A DNA stretch of 64,000 nt. It comes from Octopus bimaculoides (taxonomy: Eukaryota). Every line of letters begins with the position of its first letter. The stretch's first letter is position 1. A program made the translations under genes and the position numbers. Of the stretch, positions 38,963-51,492 are shown in pieces. Location of the stretch: the NCBI RefSeq assembly GCF_001194135.2, contig NC_068984.1, forward strand, positions 132,251,248 to 132,315,247, read 5' to 3'. A model generated the notes under the pieces. It was not told the DNA's origin. It saw nothing but the letters and a program-made list of their open reading frames with translations, and made no database searches.

Positions 38963-39551
38963 GAAACTGTAAAAAAGTCTGTCATATCATCATCATCATC
39001 TTCTTCACTACGTAGCCATGCCTGCACCTATCATAGCAATGGCATCACGTTTCCCAGAAACGATCCACTTTCATTATTTTGTGTTTTGTTGAGAACTGCA
39101 TCTAACACCACTTATGTTGGTTCCAAGATCAGTTGTCAATTCACAATCATTACTAATAGAGGTTGGAATGTTATTTAGTATTCGAGGGATGAATCTTGTA
39201 TTTTGTTCACTGTCATTATTTGCATAATTGCTTATTTGACCTGGATGAGCAAGTATATCCTGTTCATCCTAAAGCACCATCATCATTTGATGTCCACTTT
39301 TCCATGCTGGCATGGGTCAGACGGCATATCTGAAGAGGCAGATTTTCTACAGCCAGAAGCCTTTCCTGTGCCCATCTTCACCTGTTTCCAAGAAAGGTAA
39401 TACTTCACCATGGAAGATAGGAAATGAACAACATCACATATCAAAATAAGGGTACACATGCACACACATATGCATGTACACATATTTATTTCGCATTTCA
39501 TACCCAAACTATTATATCTAATAGATCTACTTTGTTTATCCACATAATTGC

Positions 39552-39590
<39 letters not shown>

Positions 39591-40844
39591 CATCATCGTT
39601 TAACATCTGCTTTCCATGCTAGCATGGGTTGGACGATTTGACTGAGGACTGGTGAACCAGATGGCTACACCAGGATCCAATCTGATTTGGCAGAGTTTCT
39701 ACAGCTGGATGCCCTTCCTAACGCCAACCACTCTGAGAGTGTAGTTGATATATATATATATATATATACACACACATCGAGCTTCTTTCAGTTTCTGTCA
39801 ACTCGCAAAGCTTTGATCAGCATGGGGTTAAAGTAAGAGACATTTGGCCAAGGTGCCACACAGGAGTGAACCTACAACTACAAGGTTGGGAAGAAAACTT
39901 CTGTTACACTGCCACACCCAATATATACATATTATTTTTTTTATGCGTCCTTTTAAAGCCTAGCCAAGCTCATGGGCCCGGTTTCCCGGTTCCTATGGCG
40001 TATGTGCTCCCCCCAGCTGGACAGGACGCCAGTCCATTGCAGCTTTACTCAAGAAACAGGAAGAAAGAGTGAGAGAAAGTTGGGGCGAAAGAGTACAACA
40101 GGGGTTGCCACCACCCCTGCCAGAGCCTCGTGGAGCTTTAGGTGTTTTCACTCAATAAACACACACAACGCTGGTCTAGGAATCGAAACCACCATCCTCC
40201 GACCGCGAGTCCGCTGCCCTAACCACTGGGCCATTGCGCCTCCACAATATATACATGCATTCAACACATATATATCATACAATATAGATAGTATGTGGTC
40301 CCACTGCTATCTTCCACTATAGTTGCAGGTGACCAATACATTGTGAGATAACTGATAGACACTGTAAGATGCAAGCATAGCATATATCTGTGTGTGTGTG
40401 TGCGTGCGTGTATATTTGAGTTCATACTTCACCTCATCTTCACATGCATGTGTACTAATAGTAAACAAAAGCTTCATCAGTCATGCAGACTGTGTTGTTT
40501 GTCAGCAGTCCACATTGAAAGAATGTTTGGATTTTTTTTACATGTCTCGACATGTTTGCATGCTGATTATAATCAAAATCTTCACCATTCATAGAAACAG
40601 TGTTTGTATTTTGTTTTTGTAATCCTATACAAAAGCATGTCTAAGCTGTTTGTTGTTCAGTATGCTGGGTGACTATTACCTTGCCTGGAAACATTTGAAT
40701 GTTTGTGTCAGGAAAGGCATCCCACTGTACAAAACACTGTCTGAACATAACCCCATCTGATTCATGCAAGCATGGGAAAGTAGGTGTTAAAACAATGCTG
40801 ATGAAAATGTTGAGATAAATATGTATGTATGTGCATTGTATATA

Positions 40845-41687
40845 TGAGGCCTGATCAATAAGTATGTGGACTGTTACCACAATAATGAAGCTAAAGCACA
40901 CAGAGTGAAGCCGCTTGGCAAAGATTGACCTTGAACTCTGCTGTGCATGTGCACTAAGTTTTAATATTCTTGCTCATTTCTGCTGTTTACAGCAGTGCTT
41001 GGAAGGAAGGTTTGTAGTGTGGGATCGTCGCATTGACTATGGCACAGAAAGGCCTACGCAAAGCTGCAGAAAGTGTATTGAGAGGAGTGTATGAGCTGCA
41101 CACAAGTGTATAAATGGTTCAGACGTTTCCAAGATGGCCAAAAAATGTCAATATTGACGAACGTTCTGGGAGACCCGCAACCAGCAGAACTGAGAAAAAC
41201 GTTGCAGATGTGTGTGCAGATGTGAGGGGAAATTGTCGAATCACCAACCGTGAGTTATCAGAGGATGTGCAAATTAGTTACGTTTCAGTTCACCACATTA
41301 TCACTGAAGATTTGGGTTTGAGGCGCGTGTCTGCCAAGTTTGTGCCAAAACTGCTTTTAGCTGACCAAAAAGACACTCAGGTTTCAGTTGCACAAGATCT
41401 CCTTGGTTGTGTCAAGAACGGTGAAAACCTTTTGAAAACTTTGCATAGACCTCTGCGCATGTATCATCAATCTTTTGGCAAAATTTGATGCAGATTCTCT
41501 GTCAAGATCATTGTGACGATCACGTTACACATCTTCCTTCCAAGCACTGCTGTAAACAGCAGAAATGAGCTAGACTGTTAAAACTTAGTGCACATGCACA
41601 GCAAAATTCAAGGTCAATCTGTGCCAAGCAGCATACTTTAGCGTCGTTACTATAGCAACAGTCCGGATACTTTTTGATCAAACCACA
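40845..41687 (+). mobile_element. Internally deleted mariner with long (~185 bp) inverted ends
   Basis: TA flanks; IRs 40845-41032 / 41511-41687; DERSGRP...RITNRELSE...LGLRRVSAKFVPKLL (HTH + WVPHEL-type linker); no catalytic domain. Confidence 0.9.
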
Positions 41688-42324
41688 TATATGAATGGAT
41701 ATGTGTGTGTGTGTGTGTGTGTGTGCCTTACCACACAGCCACACCTGTGCCTAGTATATTTTGTGTGTACATTTCCATGTACAACTGCTGCAGGTGAGTT
41801 TAGAACTCCATGTAGATTATCATCATACATTCTGCTTCTGGTATAGGGGTTGGGTTAGTAGTATACTGAGCAGTATTAGTAGTTATGATATACAGAGTAA
41901 ATGTAGTAGAAATTATGATGAATGCAAGTTTATATAATTTGTGCGTTATGTATGTTTTGCTGTTGTAGCCATTTGGAGCAAAGTGCAATTGGTTGCTCAG
42001 CCACAATGGATCATCAGGGATCAAAGAAATTTGATCCCTGTAACATAATGCACTAAAGCGTTCCCTTGAGGATCCGTTGCGGTTAACCATCCAATTGCAC
42101 ATGAAATATCCAATGCAGAGATTCCTAACATATGTAGGGAACAAATGAAATAGACTGGTGTTTATCAGAGTTTCTTTGTGTGTGTGTGTGTATACACATA
42201 CAGGAATAAAAAATTGAACAGAAGGATGACAAAGAGCCCACAGAAAAATCACACAGAAGATGTGGACATGTTCATCCCACATAATCTTGTGCTATTTATA
42301 CATATGCATATATATATATATAAA

Positions 42325-43370
42325 ATCATCATTTAACATTCACTTTCCATGCTGGCATGGCTTGGATGGTCTGACATGGAGCTGGCCAGTTGGGGAGCTG
42401 TTCAGACTCCAATTATCTGTTCAATCTTTCACAAGTCTTCTGTAATCAAAGCCTGGTACGCATAAGTGGGCTGGCTACACTCCTCGCAGAGGCCTTGGAT
42501 TTAGGTCTCACTTGGCTTGCCGGGTCTTCTCACGCGCAGCATATTTCCAAAGGTCGTGCTTCACAACCTAATCCCAGGTCTTTCTGGGTCTACCTCTTCC
42601 ACAGGTTCCCTCAACCGCTAGGGTATGGCACTTTTTCACACCGCTATCCTCATCCATTCTCGCCACATGTCCATACCAGCACAATCGTCTCTCTTGCACA
42701 CCACAACTGATGCTTCTTAGGTTCAACTTTTCTCTCAGGGTGCTTACACTCTCTCAAGTATGCACACTGACATTACACATCCATCGGAGCATACTGGCTT
42801 CATTCCTTGCAAGCTTACGCATGCCCTCAACAGTCATGGCCCATGGCTGTTCGTACACATGCATCATAGACTGCCTTTTATTCTGAGTGAGAGACCCTTT
42901 GTCACCAGCAGAGGTAGGAGCTCTCTGAACTTTGCCCAGGCTATTCTTATTCTAGCAGCTACACTTTCAGCATACCTTCCCCCACTACTAACTTGGTCAC
43001 CTAGATAGTGGAAGCTATCAACTACGTCTAGTTTATCTCCCTGGAAAGTGGCAAAAGTTGTTTTCTGCATATTTTCAGTGTTTATTGCTCCTGAACATCT
43101 GCCACATACAAAAACTAACTTCCTAGTTAACCTTCATTTGATATTGCTGCACTTCTTATATGTGTCCATAGCTTGCACTGGGTGCATCTTATAGAGTTTC
43201 TACCTGCGCCTTTCTACAGATCGAGCAGGGCCATCTACCTGAAGGGGTTTGTGTTTTATCTACCTTCCTACTTATTAGGACTTTGGTTTTAGCTAGGTTG
43301 ACTCTAAGGCCCTTCAATTCTAGTCCTTGCTTCCACACCTGAAACTTCTCTAGTTCTGATAATGACTCAG

Positions 43371-43372
<2 letters not shown>
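42325..43372 (-). mobile_element. 5'-truncated RTE-clade LINE, same family as 31158-32518
   Basis: KGLRVNLAKTKVL...WPCSICRK; VDSFHYLGDQ...AWAKFRELLPLL; (GAT) tail. Confidence 0.85.
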
Positions 43373-43417
<45 letters not shown>

Positions 43418-46268
43418 CATACACACACACATGCATATATGTAATTATGTTTACATCTATGTGCATGAGAGTATACCTGCGTTCATGCCTACTTACCTTG
43501 ACAGCATGCACTAATTGTAAACTAATGTCACAGTCATAAAAGTGTTGTCATTTATTTGCAAATATTCCATGGAAACATGTGGCCAGTGTGTTGGTCATTT
43601 TTGGAGGACGAAAGGAAATATTACCTTGAAAACAGGTGAAGGTAGGTGACAGAAAGAACATTCGGTCTTAAAAAAAAATTGTGCCACTGAACTCCATCTG
43701 AGCCCATGCAAGCACAGAAAAGTGGATGTTGGAAATTACTTGAAAAATTGTAGCCCGGGGGGAAAAGACAAGGAGTGTGTTTGTGACATTTTTGTCTTTT
43801 CCCAAACAATTAGTGATGTAACTTAAAAACAATAAAAATCAACAACCATAAGAATCATTTGGTAGTTGTTCAGTCAGCTAGAAATAACCATTCTTTCTCA
43901 GGCCACAGACCAGTAGACACTGGCTAACGAGCAAGCTCTTTCAAGGAGACACAAGCACACTGTTTGCATTTCTTCACAATGATGTTGATCCTGTCCCAGT
44001 TGCTTGATGTGTCTACCATGTTCCAGTTTTAGGGATGTGCTACAATGTAAATGCATTCCATGACTCAAAGGAGTTTCTATAGGCTTGGGTTCAACAATAG
44101 TTTCATAGAACTAGGTAGATGAGAAACAAACCATCTCCTAGGTAAGTCATTAGTCTGTAGCAGTTGAAATTCCTAAGTGTTCCGATATATATTTGTGACA
44201 GCTACATGAAGTGATACAATACAAATGAAAATGATGTGTTCAGAATCAACCCAACACAAAGCACAAGCAGTAGTTTTTCAACTCACCACCAATCAGTAAG
44301 TAGTCCAATACTTTTTCTATTTGGTTATTTTACTATACCAATGATATAATTGCTACATCACTGTATTCTCATTTCAGTAGAATAGCAAAATATTTTTGAC
44401 GTTTCTAACAAAGGAAGAGTCATTTGAGAGTGTTATACAGTAATTTGAGACCATATGCTTAACAAGTGTATTGTCAAAAGAAATACATGGCTCTATAAAG
44501 ACCAAAGAATGGAACAGGTTGAAGATTTGTTTTTAAAAGGCCGATAGTCAAATAAAAAGGAAAACACCTTGATTTTTCAAAGAACTGAAGATAAATTCGC
44601 TCAAAATTACCTACGCCTACAATTAATTCTAAGTTCTCTCTCTGCTATCACCGATGCATTTTTATCACGTTTATCATAAGCACAAAACCACATATTTTGA
44701 GGAAAGGAGTGTAGTCCATTTAATCGCCCCCAGGATTTTAACGATTATCATTTACCATTGACGAATGTAAGCTGCCCCCAGCAGGATTTTTATTTGGCAA
44801 GGTTTAATAACGATTTTTAGGATTCGTTAGGATGTAATGATAATATAATTTCCAACTTTGGCACAAAGCCACAAATTTAAAAATAAATCGGAAGCAAACC
44901 AAGCCTAAAAATATATTACTTAGTAACTCGATAAATTATCGAACTGTCAATGAGAAAAAAAAAAGATTGCATTTGCAAATTGTCCCAGACTAGAACTTTA
45001 TAATCATTCATATCAGTTGACCCTTCTTGATGAAGTTCAAAATTTAGATTTCATTTATAAATTAGATAAGTTAATCACCAGCTTTGTTATTTTCATGTAG
45101 TTTTCTTTAAAAACAGGTTGATACACCTGAAAAAAGAGCTTGACAAATTTACACATTTCTCATAAATTACAACATATTGTCACCAATCTATGAACATTAC
45201 AGTTTTCTTCACCGTGGGCATCTGTTTAAAATACAGGATAAAATATCTGACATACCAAACTCAAAAAGGAAAAAAAATTGTTCAATCACTCATACATTGA
45301 CAATAAAAAAAAATCCGAGCAATTGATAAATTATCAATCTATATTCTATCAGGAAATAAACGTATTCGGTGCATCATAATTAGATAATACACAGCTACAA
45401 AGCACATACTGTATGTGGGGTATATATATATATATATATATNNNNNNNNNNNNNNTATATATAATAACTACTAGTATTCGATTCAAAGAACGGATAAATA
45501 AGCACGCTAAGATTTTTCTTCATACGGACATCTTCAAAAGCTATGAAAATGATTACTTTGTGAAAGAGGGCTGACGTAATTTAACTGCAAACTGGACATT
45601 ACGGCTAACAAAATAATGTTTACAAGAATTTAAACAACAATATGAAGAGTAAAAGATACCGAAAAGATTCGGATGTTTAAAAACATAGTAAGCTTTTCAC
45701 TGAACTACTATGCGCGTAAAATTGATTTTTGCTACCATGAGATAAATACTACAGCAGCTGTGGAGAAAAACAAGGTAGATTCGGGTGGTAAATATTTTGT
45801 GGGTCAGTCAGTTAAAAGTAATGATGATTTTAAGAGGAAAGACATTTTAGAAAAAGTGAAACGTGTAAAGAAAAGCTATGGAATTCGACAAAATTCAAAG
45901 GCAGACATCAAGCACATGGAAGACATGCGGTAACCGCCTCCACTACACGTTAAAAACATCAAGTTTCTAGTAGTTTATCTCCGTAGTACACATTGCTAAC
46001 AACATGTTATGGATACTGGTTATTATTATTCAAGAAACGAATGTATCAGTTTGTGGTGGAGATGTATACTGAGGCTCGAAAGAAACTTTTTTTTAAGGTA
46101 GAAAGGCGGCGGGAGGGGAAACACTCGATTATGTAAATGTATGTAATATCGGAACAACTGATGTCGACCAAGCACCAACGTCGCTACATGAGCAAGTGCT
46201 TGAAAGAATTCCGCTTTTCCAGCAGCTTCTTAACGTCAAACAAATAGCCTTTAAGGGAAAAAACCTAC

Positions 46269-46680
46269 CCGTGCAGTAAATAAACCAGTCTCTGAGGCCT
46301 ACCAAGAAGAAGTAGCAGCAGCTTGGGCTACCGTAGTAGTAGGAGCGGTACACATTTTCGGAAGGTAGAGCTACTTGCTGTGACCAGTTGTTGCTTTCAT
46401 GTCAGATTAGAAATGAGGCTGGCTTTAAACCTAAGAGCACTTCACGTTGCCGCACTGCCGTATCTCTTCAGACTCACATTAATCTCTCTATTTTATTTAA
46501 CACAATAATCTATACGTTTGCAAATCTGCTTTGATTCATTTCTGTCCCCATGCAGGTGTATCACAGTGCTGCTAGAGAAGCTTCAGCTGATGCCATGCTG
46601 CAGCCAGTTAATGATGCTGGCGCGAATATTTCAGTCGCAGAGTTCTGTTAAGCAGAAAAATAATTCAAAATTTCTCACTC
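46269..46680 (-). other. Probable 5' (UTR) exon of the THADA gene; upstream boundary unknown
   Basis: CpG-rich segment ending in donor CGG|gtaggt (46268). It is the best donor I saw upstream of the acceptor at 25681. Inference only, with no transcript evidence. Confidence 0.45.
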
Positions 46681-47506
46681 TCCTCTCGCTGTTAACTATT
46701 GAAACATAGAACTTTCGTTCCGCTGCCGATTGCATTTCACTTTAACTCTGGAAACTTTAGCATCAATAACTTCAGTTGTTGATGCTAAAGAATGTCTTCA
46801 GTGTAATTATAATACAATGTAAGAGGAATCTTAACTGAAACTAACATTTTTCATTTAACATTTTTTATTCCCTGATTTTACATTGCGTAATAAAATTGAT
46901 TGATAAAAATACTTATAATTTCTTGTAAATAACATAATTTCACCTTTTCTTACGAGCCAAAGAATTTTAATAATATATGGAAGTTTTCCTATCTAAATAA
47001 CGCATTTGTTGTTTGTTTTTTTCTTTTTCATTAAACGACGTCTATTATAAAGTTTTCGAAGGTATATATATAATCAAAGAAATCTTCATAATGTATTCTT
47101 TACTCTTTATCATTTGCCCTATAATTCGGTCAATTTTCGATATAAACCATACGATGATAAGCACGCGTGTATGATGAATAGATGGGCGCGTGGTTACAAC
47201 CATGAAACTACCCTATGTGTGGAGATTTAGAAAGACAGTGTATTAGACTGGTGGCTGGAAATATAGTGTGAATAGACTTGTGTAAGGGTTGGTGAAAATA
47301 GATGTATGAAGTTGGTTTGTATTTGGTGATGAAGAGAGAGAAACAGATGGATAGAGAGTGATTGTAAGAGGGAATAAAGAGAGAGAGAGAGACAAATATA
47401 GTAGATGAATTTGTATGAGGGGAAACGAGTGAGATTAGCTGCTGAATATATACAGGAAGAGAGAGAGAACGAAAGAAAATAGTGACGGAAGGGGAGGAGA
47501 AATAAA

Positions 47507-47516
47507 ATGGCTGGAG
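47507..47516 (+). CDS. Candidate first coding micro-segment (M-A-G) of a plus-strand gene
   Basis: aaaATGGCTGGAG|gtatgt: good Kozak context plus strong donor in the CpG zone. Confidence 0.3.
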
Positions 47517-48183
47517 GTATGTGAATGAGTGGGAGTAAAACTCTACAAGTGAGAGTGAGTGACGAAGGAATAGTGACAGAGAGGGAGAAGTGTAGAAAGA
47601 ATGAGAGCGGCGGCGAAGAACACCAGAGAGAGAGGGAGGGAGGGAGAGGAGTAGGAAGAATGAGAGCGGCGGCGAAGACTCCCAGAATGCCTAGCAGATC
47701 CCAAGGTTGGTTTCGTGGACAAAGAAGTCAGGAATGCGTGTTATTTAGTCATACAAGTTTTGTTCTGCTTACCTTTGTGACTTGTAATGGAGAAAAGTAG
47801 TTATTACTCGAACTTACAGCTTAATAAAACCAGAAGGTAACTTTTGTTCGCTTATTCTTTCATTATTATTTGCATTCAACTTTGTTTTTAGCACTTGTTT
47901 CATGTATGTCATCCGAGAATCTACTTCCAACCTCATTATATAAATATATAAATATATATACACACACACATTGTCGATTCACAAACTCTTACCATGCCAA
48001 ATTATATTCTCTTATACGTTGCCGAGATTCGTTATGAGATTTAATAAGAAAATAAGCCTAAATGACATTTATTTATTAAACCTTAATTGATGTTTTAAAA
48101 TTTAACTTATAATTGCCAACTTCTTTATATGAAAGAAACAGACACATTGTATATGTTCTCTCTCTGACTTTGTCATATGTATA

Positions 48184-48217
<34 letters not shown>

Positions 48218-48758
48218 ATATCGTGTCAGCCGGTTGATGAAGCTTATTTATTGCAGAATATATATATATATATATGTATAATAATAATAATAATAATATT
48301 AGGGATATACACTGTTTTGTTTAGAAATGATGAAAGCATTCAATACTGAGTAAATTGTAAAGTTATACATTGCCATTTATCATCGTTTCTATGCGTGTTG
48401 ACACGCACACACACATATATATATATGTGCTTATACATGTGTGTGTATGTGTGGTTTTTCTGAATTCCTGTAGCGCTTCCTTCGACTTTATCACCTGATT
48501 TCTAAACTTTCTCTCTCTCTCTCCGTTCATTCTCTTTATTTCTGAATTTTTTCTCTCACCTTACATATTTCATTTCCACCACCCTTCATAACAGTTTATA
48601 TCTTCTCTTTAAAATGGCTCCATCACATTCTTGCCTTTATCACTCATCTTACCTGAACATAATCACTAATTTCCTTGCCAACTTTCACATGCCTGAAACT
48701 AAATTGTCCTTTACCAGCCGGCTGACACGAAGGTTTCGTTACTTTTTCTCCTCTCTCT

Positions 48759-48797
<39 letters not shown>

Positions 48798-50329
48798 TAT
48801 ATTTCCTCTTTAAATTCCGAAACGTCTTATATTATTTATAACCTTGTTTTCGTCGGCTGACTCCGGGAGTGTGGGAAGTGGGGAGTCTAGAAGTCACAAC
48901 TTCTTGTCTTCATCCATCAGCTTGGCTGCCTTCTCCCTCTCCTAAAGAATCTTGTCCTAATCTAAAATTAACTTTTTCTATCTCTGAAGTAGGTAGGGGT
49001 GTTTTAAGTAGAGCTTTCTCTCTGAGAGTAGGGGGGCTATTATTATTATTGTTGCTTGGTGTAGGCCATTCTTCGTCTGCCAAGAACTTCTTAATGAAAA
49101 GTATGTCGTCGTAGTAGTAGCGTGATGATTTCATCTGACTCGCTTCATGGAACTTTTACTGTTTATTGTTGTTTAGCCACAGAGTAGCTTTGAACCGGCG
49201 GATCTGTGATCAAAAGAGAGAAAATAATCGTCCAACCGTGACCATACCATTATTTTTAGGCATCAGTCCATGTCCCCAAGACTATATTAGCAACGTGTTC
49301 TTTCTTTTCTTTTAAGATGTTGGGGGTGTGGTTTAGAGATTTTGAAGCTTTTTGCAGCAGGTCGAACAACCTCACTGGGACCCCGACTGATACAACCATA
49401 CATTCAACCAGAGCCCTAAATCGATCCTAGTTAAGCAGAGCAATAATCAAAACATTCAAGTCATGACCATCCTGTTTTATTTTCGGGAATAGTGTATCAT
49501 GGACTATGTCATTTAGTGTGACTTTTTTTAAAGACGGTAGAATGCAATTTCCTTTTTTTTTAGGTAGATTTCGCTGCTATTTCCCGGTAAAACAATCACA
49601 CTGAGTTTTCTCAGTGTTTGTTTGGTACAAGGAATGATAGCGATAATATTTCTAATATAGGTACTGGGCTACAAAGGGACCCTAGATAGTAAATATCTCA
49701 TTATCAAACCCCCAAATGGTGAAAGGTTAAAGTTGACCTCGGCGGTATTTGAATTGAGAACGTGGAGAGTCTTATGCAAAGCTGTTTGTCCGGCGCCCTC
49801 CAATTTCTGCCGATGATGGAGATAAGTTGTCATAACCTCATGCTTATCAGGAAGAAGGAAATTATGACGTTTATACCTTCCTCAAAAGCATGGCAAACTT
49901 TAAATGCCTTCAACTGTCGTGGGAACTTTTCTCTTCGTCTATGCTACGTGCTACAATATAAATAAAAATACGCTTCTTTTTGACAAGGTACATTCCGAGC
50001 ATAAAAGGTGGGGGAGAGGAATTTGTGACATACCTCTATGAAGAGTTATTACCTATATGGGTAAAGTGGTTCCACCGAAAAGTGGTTGTAGATTGTGGAA
50101 TAATCTTGATAATGATAATTACTTCAAAATTGTATACATCAGATTGACAAAAGAGATATTGCGATGTTCATGTTTTTTTTTTCTACGATCGAGAAGGTTT
50201 ACATTTCTCACTTGCGATACTTTAATTCTGTTATTGCTTTGTCACGGTATTACAAAGGCCCATGATTTTCGCATGCTCTCAAGACTAATGAGATATTTAC
50301 TATCTAGGGTCTGTTTGAACCTCTTTAAA

Positions 50330-50580
50330 TAGACGGTGATATAAGTTGAGCAAGTAGGAAGGATTGGACGAAGAGGTTAGTACGGGATTTGGAGTTGTGG
50401 TTAACAATAGAAGAGGTTGTTGGATCTGAATGGAGGTAGTATTTATTGAGTGGAGGTGTTATAGTGAGGTAGAGATAGAGAGAACATGTCTGGGTCAATA
50501 GTTGAAGTGTATGTTTTGAAAAGTGAATGGTAAGTTTACCGATCAGGCGTATGGCCTTTAGGGTGCAATTTATAATGCAC
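50330..50580 (-). mobile_element. Decayed CR1/L2-group LINE 3' fragment
   Basis: SKSRTNLFVQSFL resembles the (P)RSRT..Y..SFF C-terminal motif of these RTs. Confidence 0.45.
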
Positions 50581-51460
50581 GTAACAGCAGCAGAATCTCA
50601 CGCGAGTAGTTCTCCACAATTGAAAGAAGATGCGTTATTACCAGGAATGTGGTTGTAGCAAATTCAAAGGCCGGATCTTTTGGCGATGTGATTATATTAA
50701 TAATAAACTGTTTCTGATTTAGCCACAACGTAATTATTTTGAGGGGAGGGCTCTGGTCGATATCATCGATCCCAGTATTTGACTGCTACTTTATCGACCC
50801 CGAAAGGATGTCAGGTAAAGTTCAACCTTGCGGAATTTGAACTCGGACCGTAAAGAGTCGGAAGTCGATGGCTAATAGTCATTTCCAACATAGCTACTGA
50901 GCCATAAATTTCAGAGCATGGACTTCATCGATTATTTGAACCCCTAACTGTTTTTGTTTGTTACTTATTTTATCAACCCGGAAGAATGAAAGGCAAAACC
51001 GACCTTAACGTGTTTTGAACTCAGAAGTGACTGAATACCTTTAAGATATGCTTATAACAGAAAGAAATACTAGTATAGTTTTCTTAATGATAACCAGAAT
51101 TTGCAGAATAAGTAATATTTTCCACATGACTTCTGTAACTCTGATAGTTATTATTTTAATACAGTATCTTATATATGATATTTTAACTCTGTGTTTCTTG
51201 ACTTTGATATTGTGTTGAACCAAGGAAAAGTTACGCTCTTAGCTTGATATTTGCTCGACCATCAGTTTGTCATACATTCTTATGTACAGCTGTAAGATTG
51301 CATGTACGCGTTTGTTTATATACATAATGTACATACATCGATTGATAATACGTTCAATGCATTTACAGAACAGCGATCGAGCGAATATCCTGGTAACCAG
51401 GTACGCAAAATCGTATCCACATTGCTCGTTAAAGTTTATAATAGTAACATGATGTGACTG

Positions 51461-51492
<32 letters not shown>

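Larger units (their letters stand above)
44600..47800. promoter_or_regulatory. CpG-retaining promoter zone, probably bidirectional
   Basis: More than 20 CpG in 46081-46740, against near absence in THADA introns; outward-facing donors on both strands; YY1-like AAAATGGC at 47504. Confidence 0.5.

Noticed and set aside
41997-42021. C/D snoRNA guiding 5.8S rRNA (UGAUCCAUUGU before CUGA on the minus strand)
   Set aside because: It needs 3 G-U pairs, the D+5 rule does not hit the known Um14, and there is no box C at the 5' stem
41800-42282. 160-aa minus ORF
   Set aside because: No splice signals fitting THADA, includes a microsatellite, no recognisable domain; the structure here is better explained at RNA/DNA level
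45673-45933. 86-aa plus ORF (MFKNIVSF...)
   Set aside because: A-rich antisense of a T-rich intron start; no domain or splice support
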